Source: the human T2T-CHM13v2.0 reference genome, Homo sapiens
Assembly (NCBI RefSeq): GCF_009914755.1
Contig: NC_060942.1
DNA: 64,000 nucleotides
Direction: 5' to 3' (one strand)
In this document: in pieces, positions 1 through 13,513 of the stretch
Layout: every line of letters starts with the position of its first letter
Numbering within the stretch: position 1 is the first letter of the stretch
Notes under the pieces: generated by a model
Told to the model about the DNA's origin: nothing
The model's database searches: none
What the model saw: the letters and a program-made list of their open reading frames with translations, nothing else
Translations under genes and position numbers: made by a program

Positions 1-504
1 AACAAATAGGGCCTCACAGCTTGTGAGACAGGTCAGGATTTGGGCAATTGAAATTGGGTGTAGGAATTGAGCCACATTTGCCTGCAGGTTTCATATACTC
101 AAAGATTTAAACAAACATACAGAACTGAAGGTAGATTCAAGATTTAGGTTCAGATAAACTGTCAAATTTTGCTGCTTTTTAATGAGAACATAGCTGTGTT
201 TTCTAAATATCCTTATATATAAGAAAATATACAGCTTAATAAAAATATATCTGCTATTAATGTCCAATTCTATTTCACTAAAGAACTGGCTATTACCTTT
301 AATCAGTATGGCAAAGGAAAGAAAACCTGTTGTTTTCCAGATCTTCCTGATGTCATCTTAACTTGGAATTGGTTACTCAGTTTGTATGGGAGCTGTTTTT
401 GCATTGTTTCAAGAACTGTATTTCTGTGCTTTCCTTTTTAGAAATTTATGTGTGTTTTCAAAGTATTCTCTGCTAAGTAATGGAGCTTTTAAGTTCCACG
501 CTCG

Positions 505-598
505 TTTTTTTTTTTTTTTTTTTTGAGACAGAGTCTCGCTCTGTTGCCCAGGCTGGAGTACAGTGGCGCGATCTCAGCTCACTGCAAGCTTCGCCTCC
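505..598 (-). mobile_element. Heavily 5'-truncated Alu (AluY-like), last ~75 bp plus A20 tail
   Basis: T20 then GAGACAGAGTCTCGCTCTGTTGCCCAGGCTGGAG...ACTGCAAGCTTCGCCTCC (TGCAAGCT is AluY-type); TSD-like CCACGCTCGT (496-505) and CCACACTCGT (598-607). Confidence 0.9.
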
Positions 599-834
599 CA
601 CACTCGTCTTTATTTCCACTTGTCTTCTGAACTTGAAATGGCTCTCCCTATCCTGCCTCCATTAGTAATATTTTTATTACTAAAACTTCTCTTCCAGTTT
701 TTTATTGTTTTTTTCCTTACTGTCCAGAACTATAATGCTCATGGAAGTGTCTTCCAGCTTTATCTTCCAGGTCTCTTGCTTTTTCTCCACGATTTTTATG
801 ATTTTCATATTTCTTCACCTATTTGCTTTGCTCT

Positions 835-1204
835 TGATGTGGTTTGGCTGTTTCCACACCCAAATCTCATCTTGAATTGCATTCCTCATAATCCCGGGTG
901 TCATAGGAGGGGCATGGTAGGAAATGATTGGATCATGGAAGCTGTTACCTCCATGCTGTTATCGTGATAGATCTCATGAGATCTTAGGATTTTAGAAGGT
1001 GCTCTTACCCCTTCACTCAGCACTTCTCTTTTCTGCTGCTTTGTGAAGAAGGTGCATTGCTTCCCTTTCACCTTCCACCATGATTGTAAGTTTCTGAGGC
1101 CTCCCAAGGCTTCTTGTTAAACTGTGAGTCAATTAAACCTCTTTCCTTTATAAATTACTTAGTTGGGGGAAGTTCTTTATAGCAGTATGAAACAGACTAA
1201 TACA
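835..1204 (+). mobile_element. THE1 (ERVL-MaLR) LTR, THE1D-like
   Basis: Starts TGATGTGGTTTGGCTG...CCCAAATCTCATCTTGAATTG; contains CCATGATTGTAAGTTT and TGTGAGTCAATTAAACCTCTTTCCTTTATAAATTAC; ends GACTAATACA. Confidence 0.92.
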
Positions 1205-1929
1205 GGGATATTTCTACTACTTGTTTTTGCACAGATCTAACTACATCTCAACAGTAATTATCCTCCCCATGCTTCAGCCACTAAATATTTTACGTGGAAA
1301 ACCAAGTTTTATATTTCTCACAGAATTTTGTGCCTTGCAGAAAGATTTCTTAATTGTTCCATATAATACATATGTTCAAGTCGTTATCTCACCTATTGGT
1401 GACTGTTTTACTAGAGACCATATCTTTTGGATATACGTTAGTTCTTTTCTCTTTACACTTGGAAAATTTTTTTTTAATCTGTGTTTTATTTATTTATGTA
1501 TTTTCTTTACTTACCCAGTGTGGCTTAGGTGCAACTTTTGAGCCTGTAGCAAGTTCCTGAGTGGTAAATGGTAAGGTGGGTCTGCCCAAGTGGGTTATAT
1601 AGTGCAAGAGCAAGACAGTCAACAGCCTATCTTTTCACCCGGTTGATGCCTTCCTCTTTCCTAGTCTTCTCTGCCTAAAGGATGGCAAATGCTGGTATGC
1701 TGCCTGCTTCAATGGCAGGAAGGACTCTTCACACATCTTTACCTAACTCACAGCTCCTAAAGAAAGAGGAACATAGATAGCTCAAATAACACTTGCTGAG
1801 CAGAAGCAGCCTCTCCTCTCCTTGCTCCACATATCTCCAGAGGCCATCTCTTCAAATTTTGAATGTTCTTCCTGAGCCTCCTTTCAGCAAATATACATAA
1901 CTACTGAAATAAGCCATTAAGTTAACTAA

Positions 1930-4070
1930 TTAAAAGAGAAAATCCTGATAGCTGCTGAAAAGGCAAATAAAAAAATCAATACCATTCTAATAAAATATAG
2001 AAAGCTATAGAATTTGAATAAAATAAAATTGCTTAAAAACAATAAAATCAAAAAAACAAAAATTCACAGTAAATATTATCCTAAAGAGTGAAACAGTGAT
2101 CTATTAAAATCAAGAATAAGATTGGTCTGACTTGTGTACAATGTTATTAAATGTTGACTTGGGGGAGTCCAGTAAATGTAATAAGATAAGGAAATGAAAT
2201 AATTGATATAAGCATTCAAGAGGAGCATATATTTCTTTATTTTCATAATATATTTGCATTTTAAAAATACTAATATTAAGAGATGAATTTGGGAAGATTG
2301 ATGAATACAAAATCAATAATTTTCCAATTATATAAATATAGATGAGTACAAATGAAGGGAATGTTTTTGTAGATAATTTGAAAAAATATGTATATTCAAG
2401 CTTAGGAAAAAAGATGGAGGGTCTAAACTGTATGATTTTTGATGGGTTAAAAATAAGATCTAAACAAATGGGAACTTAATGTTCTTTAATAAATTAACAA
2501 AATATCAAAAGAGTAAATGTTTCCGAACTTAATGCATACATATTTTATTTTATTTTGCAAATGAAAAAATGTTATTGCAATTCCTCAGAATAACCAAGAA
2601 GAGTAGAAATAATAGAACATCTGTGGAGGAATGGCCTTATCTGATATCAGAGCACACTGTAAAGCCATTGTGATCTAATCAACATGATATTGTCATAGGT
2701 TTGGTGAATATAATCTTAGGGTTGGCATACTATGGTCATGGTCCACTTCCTGCTTTTTGCCTGTTTTTGTATGGGTTTCACATTTTTCATTGATTGAAAA
2801 ACAAGTATCAGAAGAGAAATATAGCATGAAAAATAAAAATTGTATGACATTAGTATTTCAGTATTCATCAATAAAGTTTTATTGGAACACATTGTGCTCA
2901 TTTATTTGTATATATCCTATGGCTCCTTTCATAATACAACATCAGAATTGAGTCTTTGTGATAAAGGCCATCTAGCACATAAAGTTTTTACTATCAGGTC
3001 CTTTACAGAAAAATATATGAGAACTGTTGGCTTAACATATAATATTCTACATATAAATATGTACATAAATATGTATATATGATATATTATTATATGAAAA
3101 AGGTAGTATAAATTATGCTGGCACAAATGATTAATCCTGAAAACAGAACAAGATGAAAATAATATGAAAATAAAACAGGTTATCCATCTCATGTCATACA
3201 GTAAACACAATTTAATGATTGGATGGATAACTGTAAAATGTAAAACAATAAAATTGTTCCAATAAGATCTGATAAAATGAGATGTAAGTAATTTTCTTAA
3301 AAAAAAAACTGCAAACCCAGAAACTAACAAAGAAAGCATATATAATATTTAACTGTGAAAATTTAAATATTATTATAAAAAGTTTAAAAGCCTGAATAGA
3401 TTTCCACTTTAGGGAGATAATTCCAATGTAAGGTTTAGACAAAGTATTAGGATCTATAATATAGCTTCACTCTCAGCTATAGAATAAGAATAACATCAAG
3501 TAATATCAAGATAAAATTCATAAAGGAGCAAATCCAAATGGCAAAACAAAACAAAACAAAAGCTCAAACTCAGTGGTAGTTGGGGAAATGCAAATATAAA
3601 TGTGTTATTACTTTACAACCATCAGACTGGGAAAAATTTCAAAAGAGCAATAACACTTATTGCAGGTGGGGAAAATGGCTTGTGGATATTTAAATTGAAA
3701 CAGCCTTTTTGGAATGCAATCAGATAAGTATACTAAACATTTGAAAAGAATATGTTCATCAATCCTACCCCTAAGACTGTTAGAAATAATAAAAATACAT
3801 CAAAAATATGTTTTAAGTTTTTAGTTGCAAAATTGTACACAGAAGAAAAAAATAAGTAAAAGAAACAATCATCAATAGGTTCATGACTGGGTAAATTATG
3901 ATACATATCTACTATGGAATATCACGCAACCATTAAAGAAAACAATGTTTAATATGAATAGTTTGTTTTCAGCATGCAGAATAAGGTGAATAAGGTGAAT
4001 GGATATATACAGGGTTAATATGAGAAGAAAAGGGAAGGGGAAATAAAATGTTTGAAAAGGAAAACATCAA
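1930..4070 (+). mobile_element. Old, fragmented L1M/L1ME remnants (ORF2 to 3' region)
   Basis: A-rich decayed L1 motifs, e.g. GGAGGAATGGCCTTATCTGATATC, GGGAAATGCAAATATAAA, ACTATGGAATATCACGCAACCATTAAA; boundaries approximate. Confidence 0.6.
2718..3027 (+). mobile_element. MER58B-like hAT-Charlie non-autonomous DNA transposon
   Basis: AGGGTTGGCATACTATGG start, AATAAAGTTTTATTGGAACAC, TTTACTATCAGGTCCTTTACAGAAAAA end. Confidence 0.8.
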
Positions 4071-4579
4071 CTGAAAAGATTGCCTGATATAGCTGTAATT
4101 ACGCTGATGTAATTATGAATATGTGTAGGTATGAATTGAATTCAAGAAATATTATTTGACACAATTTTGTTTCTGTTTAGCTTCACATTTTTAAATGGCC
4201 TTTACCTTGTACATTATCAAATGTTTTTGATTCATGTAGGTTAAGTAAATTTATATCTGTGTCATGTGTTTCTTTTGCATTATGAAATTGTCCTTATAAT
4301 ATTTATATTTCTATTTTTGCTTACTCTTTTATTACATTTAATATTTACTTATTTGTTTATCTTCATGTAGCCCCATTACTTAATTTAGTGTTTGTTGTGA
4401 TTAAATCTTAACTGATGCCTCTCATTTTTGTGAATTAAGTTTTCTTCACTTTCCCACTATAGTGATCACACTTGCCCTCATTTTGCTCTTACATTGAGGA
4501 TAATTCTCTATGTTTAATACATTTAAGTATAAACAATGTTTGGTAAGCACATAATTATTTTATTTTTATTAGTAGTGAC

Positions 4580-4645
4580 TCTTCCTTCCCCTTTTTTTCC
4601 TCCTCCTCATCCTCCTCTTTCTCCTCCTCCTCAATCTTTTCTTCT
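4580..4645. repeat. CT/CCT-rich pyrimidine low-complexity tract
   Basis: CTCTTCCTTCCC...TCCTCCTCCTCATCCTCCTC; source of the Arg/Lys-rich tail of ORF 4569-4811. Confidence 0.75.
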
Positions 4646-5917
4646 GGAGACCAAAATCATTATGGACTGTGCTCCATGATCTAGTGATCCATATTCCATG
4701 TCTATCCCCTTTTTTTATCTTGTTGTTCGTTTCCTCTTCTTTTTGTTTGTTTCTCTTAAAGCCTATCCTCAGTATCGCTGATTGTATTTGCTGTAATTGT
4801 AAGTCTTTCATTTATATCTGCCACTAAAAATTAGCTTCAGATACTATGTTATTCATTTTTCTGCACCACATATTTTTTTGGTCAATTATCGTGTGACAGA
4901 AGCAAGGTCTGTCAGTATATTCAAAATATATGTTATATTTTAATCTTGTTTTCTGTTTTATGAAGATTATTTTAATGTTAAATATTCCTTGGACATTTTT
5001 AGCATTTTCTTATTCTTATAATTCAAATTCTTGTAGGCCTATGCTGATATAAGTTTTCCTTTTTCATAAACAAAGAGATCTCTGGCCAGGTCCGTGTTGC
5101 ATTGTAGTCCCTGGCAGTGATCATTTTCAGTCTTGAAAGCCTGTGTAGCAACAGATGCAAGAGAAATCAAAGCTCTGAACCTGGAGGCTAGAAAGGTATG
5201 CCAAGCACACTTCTCGGTAAACAGAAGATTTCTATCCAAGGTACCAGTAATATTTACTTTTAGGTAGAAATTATCAGTTTAATTTTTCCAGCTTATCCTG
5301 GTATGAGCCTGGATGAGAAAAATCTATTATGAATAAAATGCTGGTTTCTGTTGATAGAGGAGAGTTAAGACCCAAATACAACAAACCGTCTTAATAAAAC
5401 TGATGCTGCCAGACATGGTGGTGGAGATACTTTTGCCTCTTTCTTCAGTGTAAAATACAGATATGACTAGAGACAAATCATACTGATTGGGCAGTTAAAG
5501 TACCTGAGCAGTGCCATTAATTTCTGGGGACCATGTCTTGTTTCGTAGTTACAAAATGGAAGTGAAGAAACAAGTTCCCTCAAGTATCTAGTTCTAAAGC
5601 CGAACCCATTAGTAAGACGTTTTTTTGAAAATCCTTAACATAAAACACACTTGTTAATTATTATTCTTAGTAGATGCAGTTGTTGCATAAAATGAGTGTT
5701 TTTCAGTGGACACAGCAAAGCCTTGTTGTTTCCAAAGTCGTATTAAACTCTCTTATTTTGTTATTCTCCTTAATTTTCTCCTCTCCTCTGATATCGTCTC
5801 CATTCACTTTGCTCTTCCCCTTGCAATTCTCTTCTCATTAGTTGCAATTAAAATGTCTCTTCATAAACAACCACAAGATGGTAGGATTTGAGTAAATTAA
5901 TGGAGCAATCTGATTGG

Positions 5918-5995
5918 ATTGCCCTACAGTATGGAGAGGAAAAAATGGGAAGAAATTGTTCACATAATTGCCCTATAGTACAGAAAGGAAAAATT
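5918..5995. repeat. Imperfect ~29-bp direct repeat, period 49
   Basis: ATTGCCCTACAGTATGGAGAGGAAAAAAT (5918) vs ATTGCCCTATAGTACAGAAAGGAAAAATT (5967). Confidence 0.7.
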
Positions 5996-6285
5996 TAGGG
6001 CCTCCTAAAACATCTAGATAAATGGAAATGAATGGTAGTAGTTAAAGATGGACTTCTAAGGGTGTATTTTTACGTGTTACTCTTTTAAAATTATCTTACT
6101 TTTTATTACAAAACTGATGTGAGTTATTTTACTCAATTTGGAGCATAAAGGAGGCATATAGACAATGGAAAAAAAATTCACTTGTTAGCTCACCACCTTA
6201 AAATAACCATTGTGGAAATATGCATGTATTATCTAAAATATATTTTCTTTTTCACTCTGTGTGTTTTTAAAAAGAAATTGGGGCC

Positions 6286-6693
<408 letters not shown>

Positions 6694-8514
6694 TTAAAAC
6701 CAATCTGCTCTTATCATGTTTTTATGTTCTGTCAATTTTTATTATTAGAAATAACTCTGTGATACATTTTTGTATATAAATATTTTTTTCTAAGTATGGA
6801 TTATATCCTTAGGTTAAAAATGAACTGTAGTCTTTTAACAACAACTGCCTTCAAGAATTTAGTTTTTCCTTTAAAATAGAATATGTGTGAATGTACCTCA
6901 GAGTCCTAATGTACATAAGAGTACTAATTTTCCAAAGTTAAGTCAAACATATTAACTGTTCCTATTTTTTCTATTTTCTTTAAAATTAGATACCTAAAGG
7001 AGCATAAATCAACCACTGTTAAAAATTAAGAACTTCTTGATATCTAACTTCATTTTTTGTATAATACATAAGTAATTAATTCTGTGTCTGGTGGGATCCT
7101 GCCAATAATTGCATCCAGAATATTCTGGACCAGTTAGACCTTCCTGTGTCCACAGAAAAAGACTCATTTTATGCAACAACTGTATCTAATAAAAATAATA
7201 ATTAATAAAAGCATTTAATATTATATTAAAGATTTTGAAAATCCTTCTTACCAATGGGTTGGGCTTTAGAATTAGATGCTTTAGGGAACTTGTTCCTTCA
7301 CTTTCATTTTGTAGGTAGAGAATATATATGGCCATTTTTTTCACCTGGTTTATAGTGCTTACAATATTATGTAATTTATCCATGTTTTCCATTATGAATG
7401 TTAAAATACCTTACTCTCATTTTCCTTAGCAAACTTGTACTCAAAAATACTCGTGGATGCAATCTTTTTAACAAGTCTAATGCAAATGGAATATTATATT
7501 TTCTGGACTTACAGCAGTGCTCATAATTTTATGAGAAAGAACAAGAAAAAGGATTATATTGTTCATCTTTGCTGTACAAAGAATGCATTTGCTTCCCAAA
7601 GCAAGGGCGTGAGACAGCATTAGAAAGAATCTCCAGTTTAATTGATCATTGAAAGTAAATATTTTTATGAGCTAAAGCTTATCTAAGTTTTCCCATGAGA
7701 AAGCCATACTAAATGTAACCTCTGACTTCCCTGAAAAGTACGCATTTAGAAAGAGACTGTATGTTTCTAGCCATGGTGTTTAATCCTGATAAAAAATAAA
7801 TCCATATGTAGCCTAGAATTGACCTATCAAAATTCAATACCCTGGGAGGGTTTGAAATTGGATACTTTGTACAAGTTAAAGAACAGTGAAATTAAGGTGA
7901 AAAGCACTAGATTCAACCTAGGATTCCTGGAAGGAAGAAAAAATACAGAGCAGAAAGGAGAAAGTGAAGGAACTGAGGATGAGGGATTGGGTTGAATTGT
8001 CATTTGCTTGTACATGAAGTAATATTGCCATTATCTTTTTTACTTCTTCACCTTATTAGGTGTTTCTGCTCCCACCTCCATCCCTACCCCCATATCATGC
8101 AGGCTCTGAGATAGAGAATGGGAAGAAGGTAGTTCCTGGACCCAGGATAATCCAAGATGTAACATTTTATCTTTCTGTTATCTTCCAAAGCTATCACTTA
8201 ATAATAACTTCTGTCCCTCACCACATGATTCATGCATGCCATGGTCAGCATGAATAACTAGAGAACTATCTTGCAGTAATGGTCCAAGTGTCTGGAGCTA
8301 ATCAGACAGAACTCTACAAAGAGAAGTTTCAGGAAATTTCTCAAAGCATTTCAGTACATTGATGACCAACTACTAAAGAGAATTCACTGAGAGAGAAAAC
8401 ATCAATACTCTTCCATAGACTTTGTAATTTCCCATCAGTTTGTGTCTCTATAGATCACATTCTTTCCAGCACACTTCTGTGCTTACAAATAGACTTATTC
8501 TCATGTGTTTATTT

Positions 8515-8615
8515 AATGACATAAATGGATCCTTAGTAAAAGAGATGAAGAAAAAATTACATATTTCAATGACATAAACTGATCCTAAGTAAAAGAGAGG
8601 AAGAAAAAATTACAT
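8515..8615. repeat. Two-copy tandem duplication, period 53 bp
   Basis: AATGACATAAATGGATCCTTAGTAAAAGAGATGAAGAAAAAATTACAT vs AATGACATAAACTGATCCTAAGTAAAAGAGAGGAAGAAAAAATTACAT, 44/48 identical. Confidence 0.92.
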
Positions 8616-8812
8616 TTCTTTTTTCTTAAAGTTTCAAAAAACAGTTGTTTTTACAAAATAAAATTGTCAATTGAAAAAATATTTTCTGAACAATTATATT
8701 TCAGGCATGAACTAAAAAGTAGGAATATTAATTATCTTTCTACAAGCTCGAATAAAAGCTTTCTGCAAAAATTCAGTATAAAGAACAATTTTCTCAAATA
8801 ATTTGAACTTGC

Positions 8813-9105
8813 TTTTAGAGACAGGGTCTTGCTCTGTTACCCAGGCTGGAGTGCAGTGGCTCAATCATGGCTGACTGCAGCCTCAAACTCCTAGGCTCAA
8901 GCAATCCTCCTGCCTCAGCCTCCCAAGTAGCTGAGCTGGGCCTACAGGTAGGCCCCACCACATCCAGCTAATTTTTAATTCTTTTGTAGAGACAGGGTAG
9001 CACTATGTTAACTAAGGCTGATCTTGAACTCCTGGCCTCAAGTGATTCTCAGGTCTAGGCCTCTCAAAATACTAGGATGATAGACATGAGCCACTGCGCC
9101 CTGTC
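8813..9105 (-). mobile_element. AluJ, tail almost lost
   Basis: GAGACAGGGTCTTGCTCTG...ACTGCAGCCTCAAACTCCTAGGCTCAAGCAATCCTCC (J-type diagnostics). Confidence 0.93.
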
Positions 9106-11229
9106 TTGAATCTTTTAATCTTTTGCATACATACTCTCTCTTTATATGAAATAGCATGATAGTAGGGTCCTATCATTTTCTACACTGTAATCATATATTT
9201 GAGATAACAGAAATTGGAGTTTCTGCAGAATTTATAGCTTACTATGAGCTGTCAAACAACTAGGTGAAACACTGCATTCAATTTACTGTCCGTCATGTCA
9301 AACTTTGGTAAAGTCATATTGGAGGTGAGGGATATTTTTAGCCTCTGTCTTGACCTCCCAGATCTTAAGGTCCCATCAGTGTGATATGAACTTGACTATG
9401 TTTTATAAGATGTCAGACAGGGCCTGTAATATTTAACCCCTAGGCCTACCTGCCCAAGTACAAGGCAACATCCTCAACTAAGGCTCAGGACACAAACAAA
9501 AAACAACTGGATAATCTGTTTGACATCACCTGTCTTAAAACCTATGCAATATATGTAGTTATCTCCTCCAAGAATATTGGCCTTATGGGGACATGGGGGC
9601 AGGACAAACTTCACATTTGGGAGAGCACACTAATCAACAATATTGTGGAAGTCTGAACTGAGGATAGGTAAGAGATCATCCAAGAGAAACTGAAGAATAT
9701 TTTCTTTGAGTCTCTCTTCAACATATTTATTAACATATGTTTATATGGCCATAGCAAGAGGAAGAAGAATCATGGTGTTGCGTTTATTAATTCTCCAATA
9801 ATCTCCAGAATAGCGTAGAAACCCTATTCACCAAAGTATTTGGGAGAGGAGTTGATTGGTTAATCAAAAACTGATTTCTTTAAATATAAAAATATATATT
9901 TATTCATTAGTTATTTATCTTTTTTTGAACCCATTAATTTGTACCCATTGAGTCTTATTTCTTTTCAATAAAAAACACATCCAAAATGTACTATCTATAT
10001 GTTTTAATTTGGGCTTTAAAAGGCTGAATAGCTACATATTTCAACCTTCTTTCTGGCACACTTGATCATATGTGCAGAGAATTATCAGGTGATTGTTTAA
10101 GTTATCATCATTCATGTACTGGTGAAAATATCATATACCTATCTTTATCTATCTCTATCTGTTACTAACATAAAGAAGTAATGTAATTTGAATTTTTGTC
10201 AGTATCTGAAATCTACAGTATTTAAAAATATACTTAGTGAATCTCCTTGTGTACTTTGTATGTTACTTGAACTTATTTTATATTTATTAATGTAACTGTA
10301 AAATCCTTATAATAAATACTGATTTTGAAAAAGATCAGTTTTATGTAAAATGTTAAGAAATTTGAAATAATTAAATATGTTAATCAATTTACATTTCATA
10401 TACATATTAAGAGGTTGCTTTGATTACATAATTTTAGAACAAAACATAACATCTTCTGAGCCAAAAAATTGACTATTACAAGCTAAAAAGTAATATAAAA
10501 CAGAATAATCAAAATCAGATTTCATCACAATTCTGATGTTTATAAAATATTTAGCAGATTCAAAATTATGATATTAAACACTATAATCATTAAAAGTATA
10601 CAAAGTTAAAATTACTTTATTATATTTAGGACATGAGTCTTTAAAAATAACGTCTTTGAAATACTTTGCGTCTTATGGAGGTTGAATGAAAGGTAGAATT
10701 TCAGTTGCACTTTCTCAAAATATCAACAAAGAGAAAAAACTAAATAATTATAATGAATTATCATTGTAAGTAAATTATCCTTATAAAAATAGGAAAGAAA
10801 AAATGTTAAAAATTAGTGTAAAATTATCTACAACAAAAACTCTTACTCCTTCAGCAATATCACTTCAAATTAGGCAGGCACTTATAATTGCCATCGAAAT
10901 TCAAACTTTAAAAATTTAAGAACTGTAATTTAACTAAAAATTGTAGTAATATACGATTTTGACACAATTCTAAATTTATTTTTTATATCCGATAATTATA
11001 TTGATATTTGACTTTGATCAAATTTAATTTTAATACTCAAAATTCTATCATTTAACTTTTAACCAAAATATATATTACCTGTATGTTGAAAAATAGGTAT
11101 CTCAAATACATCATTACAAAAATGAAATTCAATTTCTAAAGAAATATCTCTTATCTTTATTTCCAAAAGATATTTTGGAATTTTTACAAGTCTATTTATG
11201 TCTAGCACTCTGGCCAAAACCACCACTAT

Positions 11230-12095
11230 CTTTCCCCTACACATTGAGAAGAAACTTTTAAGTGGGTTCTGCACTTTTCTTCTTGCCTTCTTACAATCTC
11301 ATCACAAGAATAAGTGATGTTTTTAAATAATATCACATAGTGCCCCTTAAATTCCTGTGATGAATTCCCAGTAATTTTCTTTTTAATCTGCATTTCTCAC
11401 TTCGGTGTAAAAAAAGCTCCTTGTTCCATCTCTTGCCTACCTGTGAGTATCTGAAAACTTCTCAATTCACTCTTCTACTCACTTGCATCTCACCAAGCTT
11501 ATTCCTGCCTTAGAAACTTGCTCTATATTCTGCTTTGAATGTTTGACCCATAGATTCTCCTGGCTAGAGAAGGATCAGCTTTAATAGAACCTCTTCTGAA
11601 AGGCTCTTCATATCAGTCAAAGGTTCCAAGCCGTTTGTAAGATTCATATTCCTTTGAGACTTGAATGCATGCTAGGAACTCTTTCTGCCCAAATTGCACA
11701 CATTCATTGACATGGAATTTTCTACACCATTTCAAGGAGTTCATGAAATCTATTAAGTATATATATATATATATACTTAATAGATTATATATACATATAT
11801 ATATATATAAGCCCTAGGCATTCAAGTACCCCAGTTAAGAACAATGAAGCACTCCAATCCCTGGAACAATACTTTATCATCTCCCTAGAGGTTATCATTG
11901 TCTAAAATTACATTTTCATCTGTTTATTTTTTTATCTGTATTGTACCTATTTTTTTCTCTTGAATTTAAGTTTTATGAGAAGAAGGGTGGTCTTTTCTTT
12001 TCTTTCTGATTCACTAAATTCCCAGAATCTGCAATAGTACCTAAATTTGAGTAGGCATTCAATAAATAGCTGTTAAATAAAGAAATTGATGCATT
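11230..12095 (+). mobile_element. Degenerate L2 remnant(s), interrupted
   Basis: L2 3'-end-like GAGTAGGCATTCAATAAATAGCTGTTAAATAAAGAA at ~12050-12085, with pyrimidine-rich L2-like sequence upstream. Confidence 0.55.
11747..11786. repeat. Perfect 40-bp palindrome with (TA)9 core
   Basis: AATCTATTAAG + (TA)9 + CTTAATAGATT; the arms are exact reverse complements. Confidence 0.97.
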
Positions 12096-12484
12096 AATAA
12101 TTTAATCCTTATCACTTATGAAAATTAGAAGAAAGATTAAACATAACAAAGAGGGCTGGCTTATGTTGATTTTAGTGTATCCCAGGTTCAAGAAGTTTCT
12201 GGGCCTCCCTCCAGAAACCCCAGTGGCTTCTGCTCCTGGTACTTGAGAACCAAGCCATGAAACATCAACTGACCAATATGTGTGGTGAAGAAGTTGAAGA
12301 GCCAAACACTCCAGGATAGAGTAAAACATACTCATTGTAGTGTAACTGAGACCTGATCTTTTCCTGGGAGCAGATTGATTTGGAGAAAGTGTAGAGTGGC
12401 TAGAAGAAAAATAAATCAAAGCCTGTGAGTTAGAAAGATTGGAAGATGCCGCAATGGCTTTGAGGTGAGTTGGAAGTGGTTTAT

Positions 12485-12660
12485 CTTAATGGGTTAAAAG
12501 CATAGTATTTTGTATCCCAGAGATGTAAGTTTAATTTCCAACCCTGCCATTTACTAGTTGTGAGATGTTGGGTAATTTTATTCAATCATCAAAATGTACA
12601 GAGTTTGGCTGTCTCGCTGATAAAAATGTTTGACCCCTTCACACAGCTTAGATTACTGCA
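12485..12660 (+). mobile_element. MIR SINE remnant
   Basis: GGTTAAAAGCATAG...CCCTGCCATTTACTAGTTGTGAGATGTTGGGTAA core. Confidence 0.65.
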
Positions 12661-13293
12661 AAGTCTCATGGACACCAAGGTTACAACTTTTTACAACTTT
12701 ATATGCTTCATTACTCAGCTTGTTCTCATGATTCTATACTCATCCTGCCCAATTTCTTTTCCCACTTTTTTTCCAATTCTTCTCTTCATGACTTTGATCT
12801 TAATGATGTATAATTTCCATGTGCTATGTGTTTGTGTAATTTTATTCACATTCACGTTATCTAAATGACCTGCCTATTTGGAATTCTGTTTCTCTATTGA
12901 ATGTCTAGACTTTTTAAATCTTCCATAACCCTGTAGTCAATTGGGTTGCCAATCCTAGAATTGTTTGTCAAATTTGTGTGGTATCCCTCATCTCACCATG
13001 AGGTGAGTACATTGAGATTACCAATCAAGGCAGGCCAACATGGGACAGATTTGCACCCTGAGAGTTTTGTTAAGCACCTTTCTTTGTAAGCATCATTATC
13101 ATCATTATTCTCCCAGCTTACTGAAAAAATTGTTTTTCCAAATAAGACTCATGTTAGAAATTGGTCTGATTTATTTCTATTAATAATCATGCTCTTCATT
13201 ATGTCATCATTTTCTCTTTACTGATTATTTTGTTTTGTATAAGAAATAACTTTTCCGTATAAACAGCTCAACAGAACGGAATATTATATAAGA

Positions 13294-13513
13294 CAGGGAC
13301 AAGCAAAATTTGTAGGCAAAGGGCTGGATAGTAAATATTTTAGACTTTATAGGTCGTATGGTCTTGATTGCAAATACTAAAATCTGCTATTTTAGCATCA
13401 AGTAGCCATAGACAATTGATAAATACATGAGTATAGCTATGCTACCATAAACTGTATTTACAAAACTGACAGCCGGCCAGATTTGGCATGTGCGCCATAG
13501 TTTGCTCATCCCA
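13294..13513 (-). mobile_element. MER58A hAT-Charlie element
   Basis: GATAGTAAATATTTTAGACTTT...GCCGGCCAGATTTGGC...CCATAGTTTGC, the reverse complement of the MER58A consensus, with degraded CAGGG termini. Confidence 0.85.

Noticed and set aside
5037-5195. Plus-strand exon-like segment (TAG| ... AAG|GTATGC)
   Set aside because: Stops in all frames from the first acceptor; the shorter open version (from 5131) gives an unrecognised peptide; signals only moderate
8515-8615. Possible CRISPR-like repeat-spacer pattern
   Set aside because: Only two adjacent copies, no unique spacers, no cas genes, eukaryotic context
10200-11170. Extremely AT-rich block, possibly a decayed DNA transposon or matrix-attachment region
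   Set aside because: No terminal repeats or transposase motif could be confirmed by eye; needs a Dfam scan
12186-13010. GAG|GTGAGT donors at ~12464 and ~13001
   Set aside because: No convincing paired acceptor or open frame; isolated consensus donors are expected by chance
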